64,000 nt of DNA. Origin: Candidatus Aquilonibacter sp. (GTDB lineage: Bacteria > Verrucomicrobiota > Verrucomicrobiia > Limisphaerales > UBA11358). This document shows, piece by piece, positions 28,894 to 37,330 of this stretch. Within the stretch, counting starts at the first letter, position 1, and each line of letters begins with the position of its first letter. Location of the stretch: NCBI GenBank assembly GCA_035504945.1, contig DATJRH010000032.1, positions 184,711 through 248,710 of the forward strand. Direction: 5' to 3'. The position numbers were made by a program, and so were the translations under genes. Below the pieces are notes generated by a model. It saw only the letters and a list, made by a program, of their open reading frames with translations, did no database searches and was not told where the DNA came from.

Positions 28894-29889
28894 TTACTTC
28901 ATCGCCGGCGTGAACGGCTGCACGAAGCACTGGTCGCCTTTGTGATACGCAATCCACACGGTGTGCGTCTTCGAGTCAACGGTGATGCTGCCGGTCCCGG
29001 TTTCATCCGGTACATCGCCCAGTGAAGTCAACTTGTCGGGGGCAACGGCCACCACCGAAATGTTTCCCTCGCGGCTTGCGCAATAAGCCATGTGCGCACC
29101 GGGATCATAAGCCATTTCATCCACCCGCGCGCCGGTGTCGGCGGTCGCGATGATTTTTCCGGTGGAACGATCCAACATGACCAACTTGCCGGCGCACGCC
29201 GCGAGCAGGCCGTTGTTGTCCGGCACAATTGCGATTCCATGCGGCCCCTTGTCCGGCGCGAGCGGCCAGTTCGCGAAAACCTTGTTGTCGCTGGCGTCCA
29301 CCACGGCAATGGTGTTCACGCCTTTCACCGCTTGATACAGGTGCTTGAATTCCGGATCGAAGGCAAGGTCTTCAACGCCCCGGCCGTCATACTTGATGGT
29401 TGTGATGATTTTTTTCGCCACCGGATCCACCACCCACACTTCGGCGGCGGTGTCATTGCATTCATAGACAAGACCGGACACGGGATTGAAGGCAATCAAA
29501 TCAGTGTTTGTCGGCATCGGCACTTCGCCGGCCACTTCGAGCGTTTTGGCGTTCACGATGACCATGCGCCCAGGGTCGTTGCCGCTGACGTAATAATTCC
29601 CGCCCTTCACATCTGTCGCCGCGTCCTGCGCCGTGCCGGTAGGAACGGCCTTCAGTAATTTTTTGGTGCCAAGGTCGAAAACATCGAGCGTCTTGTTGGC
29701 CTCGTGGCCGAGCAACAGCCGGTCCTGGTTGGTGTCAATGCTGATGAAATCAAATCTGCCCGCCGTGCCGGGCAGCAGAATCGGCTCGCCCGCCGTGAGC
29801 GGCGCCGCCTGCGTGTTCAACGCCAGCAGCAAGCCGGCCGCCGCGATCCCCAATTGAATTGTGCCAATTATATTTTTCCTCGATTTCAT
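28894..29889 (-). CDS. secreted YncE/YVTN-like beta-propeller repeat protein
   Basis: Start set at ATG 29889 (MKSRKNIIGTIQLGIAAAGLLLALNTQAAP). The repeated strand pattern is typical of 7-bladed YVTN propellers. Confidence 0.6.
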   Translation of the reverse strand: MKSRKNIIGTIQLGIAAAGLLLALNTQAAPLTAGEPILLPGTAGRFDFISIDTNQDRLLLGHEANKTLDVFDLGTKKLLKAVPTGTAQDAATDVKGGNYYVSGNDPGRMVIVNAKTLEVAGEVPMPTNTDLIAFNPVSGLVYECNDTAAEVWVVDPVAKKIITTIKYDGRGVEDLAFDPEFKHLYQAVKGVNTIAVVDASDNKVFANWPLAPDKGPHGIAIVPDNNGLLAACAGKLVMLDRSTGKIIATADTGARVDEMAYDPGAHMAYCASREGNISVVAVAPDKLTSLGDVPDETGTGSITVDSKTHTVWIAYHKGDQCFVQPFTPAMK

Positions 29890-30057
29890 TTTGTCTTTTC
29901 CCGGCGAAACCGGTTTGAATGTTGATGGTTCGTGAAAATACCGCTTCCGTATATTTCGCTCCTGCGGATGAAGCAAGGCATTTTTGGAAAATGAACGATT
30001 TTTAATCCGCGTGCCGCCCCGCCTTTTCTTCGTGCGCGCCTTTGCTATCCTGCCGCC

Positions 30058-30609
30058 ATGCGAAAACTGCCGCGCTCATTTTACGACCGGGACACCATTG
30101 TGGTCGCCCAGGAATTGCTCGGAAAAATTCTGGTTCGCAAATCGCGCGGCGGCGCGCGCGCCGGTAAAATCGTTGAGACCGAGGCATATCTCGGCCCGCA
30201 CGATCTCGCCGCCCACTCGGCCCGCGGCCTGACCGAACGCAACCGGGTCATGTTCGGCCCGCCCGGCCATGCCTACGTTTATTTCATTTATGGAATGTAT
30301 TTCTGCATGAATGTCGTAACCGAACGCGCGGGCCACGCTTCCGCCGTTTTGCTCCGCGCGCTGGAACCGGTGAAAAATCTCGAAGGCCGCACAAGCGGGC
30401 CGGGATTGCTCTGCCGCGCGATGAACATAGACTGCCAGTTCAACGGCCACGATTTGTTGAGCGACGATTTTTTCATCGCCGAGCCGCACAAAGCGGAAAC
30501 CCTTTCCATCGTCAAACGCCCGCGAGTCGGCGTGGACTACGCGAAGCACTGGGCGAAACGCCATTTGCGATTTTACATCAAAGGCAATCCCAGCGTGTCC
30601 CGGAAATAA
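30058..30609 (+). CDS. DNA-3-methyladenine glycosylase (AAG/MPG family)
   Basis: FYDRDTIVVAQELLGKILV, ETEAYLG..D.A.HS and GHAYVYFIYGMYFCMNVV are family hallmarks. Confidence 0.9.
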   Translation: MRKLPRSFYDRDTIVVAQELLGKILVRKSRGGARAGKIVETEAYLGPHDLAAHSARGLTERNRVMFGPPGHAYVYFIYGMYFCMNVVTERAGHASAVLLRALEPVKNLEGRTSGPGLLCRAMNIDCQFNGHDLLSDDFFIAEPHKAETLSIVKRPRVGVDYAKHWAKRHLRFYIKGNPSVSRK

Positions 30610-30612
30610 CGG

Positions 30613-31500
30613 CTAAATTTGTTCTCCGCCCGCCGCCGCGACAAATTTTTCCACCAGGGCCGTGGCCGAATCTTTTTTCCACGCCGCCCCGACGCGGATC
30701 GGCTCGCCCGGCGGTTTCAGCGGGATGACTTTCAATCGCGGCCCGACCATGCAGGCGAAGGAACTAAGCACGAGCGCAAAGCCGCCGCCGGATTCAACGG
30801 CGGCAATCAGGCTGGCGATGCCGTCGTGCTCCCCCATCACGCGCGGCGTGTGGCCGATCTTCGCAAAAACTTTTTTGATGCCCTCGTGATAATCGGGATA
30901 ATCCGCGCGGCTGTAGCCGATGAGCGTTTCGTTCGCGAGTTGCGCCAGCGTGACGGATTTTAACTTTGCCAGCGGATGTTTCGGCGCGACAGCGACGCAC
31001 ATCGAATAGCGCGCCAGCAACTTGAAAACCAGTTCGCGCAACGACTTTTGTCCCGGCTCGACCATGAGCGCGACGTGCAACTTGCCTTCGCGCAATCCCG
31101 CGAGCATTTCTTCCGTGGACAAATCGTGCAGCGCCACGCGCACGTTCAGAAATTGTTCCTGAAACGTTCGCAACGCCTGCGGCAGAATCCTCACCGTTGG
31201 CGACGGCGCATAGCCGACGTGCAATTCGCCGTTGGTTCCGCCGGCGACGGCGCGGGCGGTTTTCACGGCGTCATCGGCGCGTTGAAGAACGGCGCGGGCT
31301 TCGGCCAAAAAAGTTTTTCCCGCCTCGGTGAGCTTGAGCGATTTCGCGCCGCGTTCAAAAAGTTGAAAGCCGATTTCGTCCTCGAGATCGCGGATTTGGC
31401 GGCTGATGCCTGGCTGCGAGACGTGCAGCTTCAGCGCGGCGCGCGAAACGTTTTCCGCCTCGGCGACGGCGACGAAGTATCGGAGATGGCGTAGTTCCAT
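30613..31500 (-). CDS. LysR family transcriptional regulator
   Basis: MELRHLRYFVAVAEAENVSRAALKLHVSQPGISRQIRDLE is a LysR HTH, followed by a substrate-binding domain. Confidence 0.9.
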   Translation of the reverse strand: MELRHLRYFVAVAEAENVSRAALKLHVSQPGISRQIRDLEDEIGFQLFERGAKSLKLTEAGKTFLAEARAVLQRADDAVKTARAVAGGTNGELHVGYAPSPTVRILPQALRTFQEQFLNVRVALHDLSTEEMLAGLREGKLHVALMVEPGQKSLRELVFKLLARYSMCVAVAPKHPLAKLKSVTLAQLANETLIGYSRADYPDYHEGIKKVFAKIGHTPRVMGEHDGIASLIAAVESGGGFALVLSSFACMVGPRLKVIPLKPPGEPIRVGAAWKKDSATALVEKFVAAAGGEQI

Positions 31501-31508
31501 ATTAAAGT

Positions 31509-31952
31509 TTATAACCCTTCCCTGAAATCACGCCCATGCAGCAGCTTGGCCAAATTAGCGAATGTGTGCAGATGCTTTTGGAATTGGCCCTGTGGAACTA
31601 GGAACAACATTACTCGATGGACTAGCTTGCCATCCAATGCTTCGAATTGAATTCCTTTACGCGAACGTCCGATAGCACCAATGACTTCGGAAACAAAATC
31701 GGTCGAAGCATGCGGTATTCCGATACCAAATCCGATTCCTGTGGTCATTGAGGATTCTCGTTTTTTAACGGCCGCTACTATTGCGTCCCTGTTTTCAGGC
31801 TTAATCTTGCTATTAGCTACAAGACCGTCAATCAACTCGTCAATGGCCTGCCACCTATTCTCAGATCGTAGGTCAATGATGATGGGATTCGGACCAAAAA
31901 AGTCATTCAAATCCATTTCCATCGAGCATTGCCAAAAGTCATTGTCAGGCAA
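31509..31952 (-). CDS. PTS EIIA type-2 (PtsN/EIIA-Ntr-like) domain protein
   Basis: Phosphorylatable His context GIGFGIGIPHAS. The probable true start is MDLNDFF at 31916. The gene is visibly AT-richer than its flanks. Confidence 0.75.
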   Translation of the reverse strand: MPDNDFWQCSMEMDLNDFFGPNPIIIDLRSENRWQAIDELIDGLVANSKIKPENRDAIVAAVKKRESSMTTGIGFGIGIPHASTDFVSEVIGAIGRSRKGIQFEALDGKLVHRVMLFLVPQGQFQKHLHTFANLAKLLHGRDFREGL

Positions 31953-31999
31953 GAAACATGGTATTTCGCGGAATCCGGAACGCGCGTTAGAATCCTTCC

Positions 32000-32695
32000 A
32001 TGATGACTATACGAAAAGCAAATGAACGGGGGCACGCCGAACACGGCTGGCTCGACACCTATCACACCTTCAGCTTCGCGGACTATTACGACCCGCAATG
32101 GATGGGTTTCCGCAGCTTGCGGGTGATCAACGACGACCTCGTGATGCCGGGCGCGGGCTTCGGCGCGCATCCGCACCGCGACATGGAAATCGTCACTTAC
32201 GTGCTGAACGGCGCGTTGCAACACAAGGATTCCATGGGCAATGGCAGCATCATTCGCCCCGGAAACCTGCAATACATGTCCGCCGGCAGCGGCGTGCAGC
32301 ACAGCGAATTCAACCCGTCGAAAGACGAGGCGGTCCGCTTGCTGCAAATCTGGATTTTGCCGGACGCGAAAGGTTTGAAACCGCGTTACGCCGAAAAATC
32401 CCTGCAGGATGCGCCGACGGGCAAATTGCATCTGATGACGAGCAAGACCGGGCGCGACGGCTCGATTGCAATCCGCCAGGACGCGGATTTGTGGCTGGCG
32501 AAATTGGAACCCGGCCAGCAAGTCGCACATTCGCTGGCCAACAATCGTCACGCGTGGGTTCACGTCGCGGAAGGCGAAGTCGTCTTGAACGGCCAGACGC
32601 TTTCCGGCGGCGACGCCGCGGCCGTGAGCGAAGAATCCAAATTGCAATTGTCAGCCAACAAACCGTCACAAGTGCTGTTGTTCGACCTCAACTGA
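32000..32695 (+). CDS. pirin family protein
   Basis: RGHAEHGWLDTYHTFSFADYYDP..GF..HPHRDMEIVTYVL is a pirin N-terminal cupin with metal ligands. Confidence 0.9.
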   Translation: MMTIRKANERGHAEHGWLDTYHTFSFADYYDPQWMGFRSLRVINDDLVMPGAGFGAHPHRDMEIVTYVLNGALQHKDSMGNGSIIRPGNLQYMSAGSGVQHSEFNPSKDEAVRLLQIWILPDAKGLKPRYAEKSLQDAPTGKLHLMTSKTGRDGSIAIRQDADLWLAKLEPGQQVAHSLANNRHAWVHVAEGEVVLNGQTLSGGDAAAVSEESKLQLSANKPSQVLLFDLN

Positions 32696-32770
32696 ACCAT
32701 GAACCGGAGGCAATCGGGAAACCGGTTGCCTCCACTTTTTCAACCAAAAACAAAATCAACGACCAAAATT

Positions 32771-33421
32771 ATGAACACCATCAAATCCAACCAACTTCTG
32801 GAGCAATTAAACTGGCGCTACGCGACCAAGCAATTTGATCCGAATCGAAAAATCAGCGCCCACGATTGGGCGGTCATCGAAGAAGCACTGCGGCTGACGC
32901 CGTCCAGCGGCGGACTGCAACCGTGGAAATTCATCGTGGTGACCGATTCCGCCGTCCGCACAAAACTGCGTCCGGCGTCTTATGGACAGGCGCAAATCAC
33001 CGACGCTTCACATTTGGTTGTGTTTGCCTCGAAAAATAATTTCAACGAAGCCGACGTGGACGCGCACATCCAACACCTCGCGAAAATCCAAGGCGTGCCC
33101 GTCGAAGCGCTCGCGACCTTGCGCGGCATGTTGGTCGGCGGCATTGTTCAAAGTCAGGATGAAGCCGCGCGCAATGCCTGGGCGCGCAACCAGGCTTACA
33201 TCGCGCTCGGCAATCTGCTGACCAGCGCGGCGTTGTTAGGCATTGACGCCTGCCCGATGGAAGGGGTTAATCGCGCCCAATACGATGAAATTCTCGGCCT
33301 GAAGGCGAAAGGTTATGCCAGCGCCGTCATCGCCACGCTCGGTTATCGCCTGCCGACGGACAAATACGCTGCGGCGCCCAAAGTGCGCTTTCCCAAGGAA
33401 CAGACCTTCGTCCGCATTTGA
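32771..33421 (+). CDS. NAD(P)H nitroreductase family protein
   Basis: Start at ATG 32771. LNWRYATKQFD..., PSSGGLQPWKF and GIDACPMEG blocks. Confidence 0.85.
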   Translation: MNTIKSNQLLEQLNWRYATKQFDPNRKISAHDWAVIEEALRLTPSSGGLQPWKFIVVTDSAVRTKLRPASYGQAQITDASHLVVFASKNNFNEADVDAHIQHLAKIQGVPVEALATLRGMLVGGIVQSQDEAARNAWARNQAYIALGNLLTSAALLGIDACPMEGVNRAQYDEILGLKAKGYASAVIATLGYRLPTDKYAAAPKVRFPKEQTFVRI

Positions 33422-33567
33422 ACTGAACAACGAGTGCCGCCAGCGCTGGTTCGTTTACCACACAAGGTTTCAAGAGTGGCGGTCGGGGCAGCCGGATTGC
33501 GGGACGGGCGCGGGAGGTCGAAAATAAAAACGGCTTCGCTGCCGGTGAAGATGCTTATGTGAATGTT

Positions 33568-33583
33568 TGTGAAATTTTTCACA
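33568..33583. promoter_or_regulatory. CRP/FNR-type palindrome TGTGA-N6-TCACA
   Basis: TGTGAAATTTTTCACA has perfect 5-bp consensus half-sites (7-bp arms, TGTGAAA/TTTCACA). It lies 187 nt upstream of the first gene of the CAZyme operon. Confidence 0.5.
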
Positions 33584-33769
33584 AGCGCTGCGCGACGGCA
33601 AGTCTTTTTTTATTTTTTCCGGAAGCGCCGCAAAAAATTTCGCGGGGCGGGGAAATAATTCTCGCCCCGGCGGAAAAATTTTGTCACCTTGCCTTCACCA
33701 AGCCCGTCCAAGATTGTCATAATCACGTGACCTCTGCGGACATCTCCGTTCAAATTGAAAAGGAAAATT

Positions 33770-35602
33770 ATGAATGAATCGAACCATCAGAATCTTTCAC
33801 GGCGCAACTGGCTGGGGCTTGCCGTGCCGGCTGCCGCAGTCTCGGTCGGCACCGGCCTGCTCGCCACGCGCGCCATGGCCGACGACCAGCCCGCCGCCGC
33901 CGCCGATGAAAATCTGCTCGGCGCGAAAACTTACAACATCCGCGACTTCGGCGCGGTGGGCGACGGCAAGACGGTCAACACGGCGGCGATGCAGGCGGCG
34001 ATTGACGCGTGCAGCAAGGACAGCGGCGGCACGGTGCTGGTGCCTGCGGGAATTTTCGTCATCGGCACGGTGGAATTGAAGAGCAACATCACGCTGCACA
34101 TTTCGGCGGGCGGAACATTGCTCGGCAGCGGCCACGGCACGGATTATCATCCGGCCTCCGAGATTCCGCTTTCCGGCGATTCGACTTTGGGCGACGGGAA
34201 CACCGGATTGATTTATGCGGTCAACGCCGTGAACATCACGGTGGAGGGGCCGGGCACGATTGACGGAAATGGGGCGCTGTTCCGCAATCCGGCCCGCGGC
34301 GTGCCGCCGCCCGCCGGCATCAGCGGCAGCCATCGTCCGTATCATTTGATGTTTTATCGCTGCACGAACCTCCGCATCCGCGACATTTTTCTCAAGGACT
34401 GCGCGTTTCATTCGATGCGGATCGTCCAGTGCAGCTTTGCGTGGTTTGACGGCATCCGCCTTTACAGCCGGGAGATTCACAACAACGACGGGTTTCATTT
34501 CATCAGCTGCCAATACGTCCACATTTCCAATTGTGACATCCAGTGCGAGGACGACGCCTGCGCGCTGTTCGGAAGTTGCAAATTTGTGACGGTGACGAAC
34601 AGTTCGTTCAGCACGCGCTGGTCGGTGTTCCGGTTTGGCGGCGGCGAGGCGGAGAATATCACGGTTTCCAATTGCGTCATTGACATTGTTTTTGGCTGTC
34701 CGATCAAAATCGCCGGCGGCGGGCGCTCGCGGTTTCAAAACATGTTGTTCTCGAATCTGGTGATGAACAATGTGACGGGGCCGATTTCCATCAGCATGGG
34801 TTCGCGGTTTGGAAGGCGTCCGCCGGGAATGATGCGGAATGGGGAAACCAATTCGACGGCGCGCGCGACTTCCGGGGAAACGAACGCCGTGGCGGACATG
34901 GAAACAAATGCGATGGCCGGCACGGACACGAACATGCCGGCGGGTTACCGGCCAACGCCGGTGGAAGAGGCGGGATTGCCGGGCATCATTCGCAACATTG
35001 TCTTCAGCGGCATCCGCGCGACGGTCGTGAAGCCGTTTCAAATCCCCGGCTATCCGGTTCCCAGCGGATACAACCCGGGCGAAATTTATTCGTGCATCGG
35101 GCTGAATGCCATTGACGGAAATTTCATCGAGAACATTGTCTTCGACGACGTTCACATCACTTACCCCGGCGGCGGCACGGCGGCACAGGCGGCGGTGCGC
35201 GACGTTCCGGAACGCGTCGGCGAATATTATGCCGCGGGAGTTTTTCCGTCTTACGGACTTTACGCGCGCAACGTGCGCGGCCTGACGCTCAACAACGTGC
35301 GGTTTGATCTGGCCGCGCCGGATTTGCGGCCGGCGGTGGTGTTCGACCACGTTGAGGACGCGGCGGTGAGCGGCCTGAATGTGCAGGGCGTCAAGGACGC
35401 GGAGTCGGCACTGCGGTTCATTGATGCGAAGGACGTTTTGCTGGACGCGCCGCGGTTGATTACGCCCGCGCCGGTGTTTTTGCAGGTTGAAGGCGCGGAC
35501 AATTCCAACATCATCGTGGACGGCGGCGATTTGACGAAGGCGGACAAGTCGCTGGCGTTCAAGAACGGCGGGCTGGAGAATTCCGTGAAATTGCGCGCGT
35601 GA
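33770..35602 (+). CDS. GH28-like right-handed beta-helix glycoside hydrolase with Tat signal, paralog 1
   Basis: Twin-arginine motif SRRNWLGL..TRAMA. N-terminal YNIRDFGAVGDGKT..AIDAC..GGTVLVPAG. Catalytic-region blocks NNDGFHF and CEDDACALF (NxDG and DD). Confidence 0.7.
   Translation: MNESNHQNLSRRNWLGLAVPAAAVSVGTGLLATRAMADDQPAAAADENLLGAKTYNIRDFGAVGDGKTVNTAAMQAAIDACSKDSGGTVLVPAGIFVIGTVELKSNITLHISAGGTLLGSGHGTDYHPASEIPLSGDSTLGDGNTGLIYAVNAVNITVEGPGTIDGNGALFRNPARGVPPPAGISGSHRPYHLMFYRCTNLRIRDIFLKDCAFHSMRIVQCSFAWFDGIRLYSREIHNNDGFHFISCQYVHISNCDIQCEDDACALFGSCKFVTVTNSSFSTRWSVFRFGGGEAENITVSNCVIDIVFGCPIKIAGGGRSRFQNMLFSNLVMNNVTGPISISMGSRFGRRPPGMMRNGETNSTARATSGETNAVADMETNAMAGTDTNMPAGYRPTPVEEAGLPGIIRNIVFSGIRATVVKPFQIPGYPVPSGYNPGEIYSCIGLNAIDGNFIENIVFDDVHITYPGGGTAAQAAVRDVPERVGEYYAAGVFPSYGLYARNVRGLTLNNVRFDLAAPDLRPAVVFDHVEDAAVSGLNVQGVKDAESALRFIDAKDVLLDAPRLITPAPVFLQVEGADNSNIIVDGGDLTKADKSLAFKNGGLENSVKLRA
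34841..34945 (+). repeat. in-frame imperfect tandem repeat (24-nt units) inside GH28-like paralog 1
   Basis: GGGGAAACCAAT..., GGGGAAACGAACGCCGTGGCGGAC, ATGGAAACAAATGCGATGGCCGGC and ACGGACACGAACATGCCGGCGGGT encode GETNSTARATS, GETNAVAD, METNAMAG and TDTNMPAG. The segment is absent from paralogs 2 and 3. Confidence 0.6.
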
Positions 35603-35632
35603 ACCGCCCGCGAAAGAAATTGCAAACTGTTT

Positions 35633-37324
35633 ATGCCTGACACTGACAAGTCCATTTTGTCCCGGCGCGAATGGATGAAATTCGCCGTTCCGGTCGCGGC
35701 GGCTTCGACCGGCGCCGGCTTGCTGGCCGCGCGCGCTTTTGCCGATGGCCCGCCTGCCGCCAATGATAATTCGCTGGGCGCGAGAATTTACAACATCCGC
35801 GATTTCGGCGCGGTGGGCGACGGCAAGACGCTCGACACTGCCGCGGTGCAGGCGGCGATTGCTGCCTGCACCAAAGACCAGGGCGGTGTCGTGCTTGTGC
35901 CGGCGGGCGTGTTTGTCATCGGCACGGTGGAAATGAAGAGCAACGTCACGTTGCGCATCGCGGCGGGCGGAAAATTGCTCGGCAGCGGCGATGGCAAGCA
36001 GTACTACGCCGCCGAGGCCATTCCGCTTTCCGGCGACGCGACGCTCGGCGACGGACACGTCGGACTGATTTTCGCGGTCAACGCGGTGAACATCACCATC
36101 GAGGGGCCGGGCACGATTGACGGCAACGGCGCGTTGTTTCGCAGCGCCGTTCGCGGCGAACTGCCGCCATCGGGCCGGGGCGGTGCGGACCGTCCGTATC
36201 ATTTGCTGTTTTATCGCTGCCAGAATTTGCGCGTGCGCGATTTGTTCCTCGTCGCGAGCGCGTATCATTCCATCCGGATCATTGAAAGCCAGTTTGTGTG
36301 GCTGACCGGCCTGCACATTTACAATCGCGTCAACGGCAACAACGACGGTTTCCATTTCATCAGCGCCGAATATCTCCACGTCGAGAATTGCGACGTGCAA
36401 AGCCAGGACGACGCGTGCGCGCTGTTTGGCAGCTGCAAATTTGTGACCGTCACCAACAGCACATTTAGCACGCGCTGGTCGGTGTTCCGTTTCATCGGCG
36501 GCAATCCCGAGAACATCACCATTTCCAACTGCGTCGTTTATGAGACGTGGGGCTGCCCGATCAAAATGCAATTCTGGGGAAGTTCGCAGGTGCAAAATCT
36601 TCTGTTCTCGGATTTGATTTTCAAGGACGTGACCGGGCCGATTTCCATCAACATCAATCCGAGCCGCGGCCGGGGCGCCGAAGCCGCAGCGGCGGAGCCG
36701 GGCGGATTTGTCCGCAATCTCACGTTCCAAAACATCCGCGCGACAGTCGTGGCCGAGCCGTGGCCAATTGAGGACATCCCAATTCCAATGGGCTTTCGTC
36801 CCGGAGAAATGCGCCAGTGCGTCGTGCTCAACTGCCTCGCCGGCGCAGTGCTGGAAAATGTCAACTTCGACAACTTCCATGCTACGTTCGGCGGCGGAGG
36901 CACGGCCGAGGAAGCGCTGCGCGAAGTGCCGCAGATCGCGAATGAATATTTTGAAATCGGCACGCCGCCCGTCTACGGCATCTTCGCCCGGAACGTGCGC
37001 GGCTTGACGTTGAACAATGTGCGTTTTGAAGTTGAGAAACCGGATTTGCGGCCGGCGGTGATGCTCAACCGGGTTTCCAATGTTGCGGTCAATGGTATCA
37101 GCATGGACGGAAATCCGCAGGCCGCGTCGGTATTGAGGCTGGTTGAAACGAGTGAAATACTCATCAGCGCCGCGCGCCTGCTCACGCCGGCGAAAGTATT
37201 TCTCCAAGTCGAAGGCGCGGGCAGCAAGGACATAGTCATTGATCGCGGCGATCTGACGAAAGCGGCTGCGCCAGCTTCTTTCATGAACGGCGCCGGCAAA
37301 GATGCGGTCAAATGGCGCGTATAA
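35633..37324 (+). CDS. GH28-like beta-helix glycoside hydrolase with Tat signal, paralog 2
   Basis: SRREWMKF..ARAFA Tat motif. Collinear with paralog 1 (YNIRDFGAVGDGKT, NNDGFHF, SQDDACALF, FSTRWSVFRF). Confidence 0.7.
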   Translation: MPDTDKSILSRREWMKFAVPVAAASTGAGLLAARAFADGPPAANDNSLGARIYNIRDFGAVGDGKTLDTAAVQAAIAACTKDQGGVVLVPAGVFVIGTVEMKSNVTLRIAAGGKLLGSGDGKQYYAAEAIPLSGDATLGDGHVGLIFAVNAVNITIEGPGTIDGNGALFRSAVRGELPPSGRGGADRPYHLLFYRCQNLRVRDLFLVASAYHSIRIIESQFVWLTGLHIYNRVNGNNDGFHFISAEYLHVENCDVQSQDDACALFGSCKFVTVTNSTFSTRWSVFRFIGGNPENITISNCVVYETWGCPIKMQFWGSSQVQNLLFSDLIFKDVTGPISININPSRGRGAEAAAAEPGGFVRNLTFQNIRATVVAEPWPIEDIPIPMGFRPGEMRQCVVLNCLAGAVLENVNFDNFHATFGGGGTAEEALREVPQIANEYFEIGTPPVYGIFARNVRGLTLNNVRFEVEKPDLRPAVMLNRVSNVAVNGISMDGNPQAASVLRLVETSEILISAARLLTPAKVFLQVEGAGSKDIVIDRGDLTKAAAPASFMNGAGKDAVKWRV

Positions 37325-37330
37325 TTTAAA

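Noticed and set aside
33797-37207. A 1136-aa ORF on the minus strand spanning two GH28-like genes and their intergenic gap.
   Set aside because: It is exactly antisense to two well-supported plus-strand genes. Its product is Arg/Ala/His-rich low complexity with no motifs. Long stop-free antisense frames are expected in GC-rich coding DNA.
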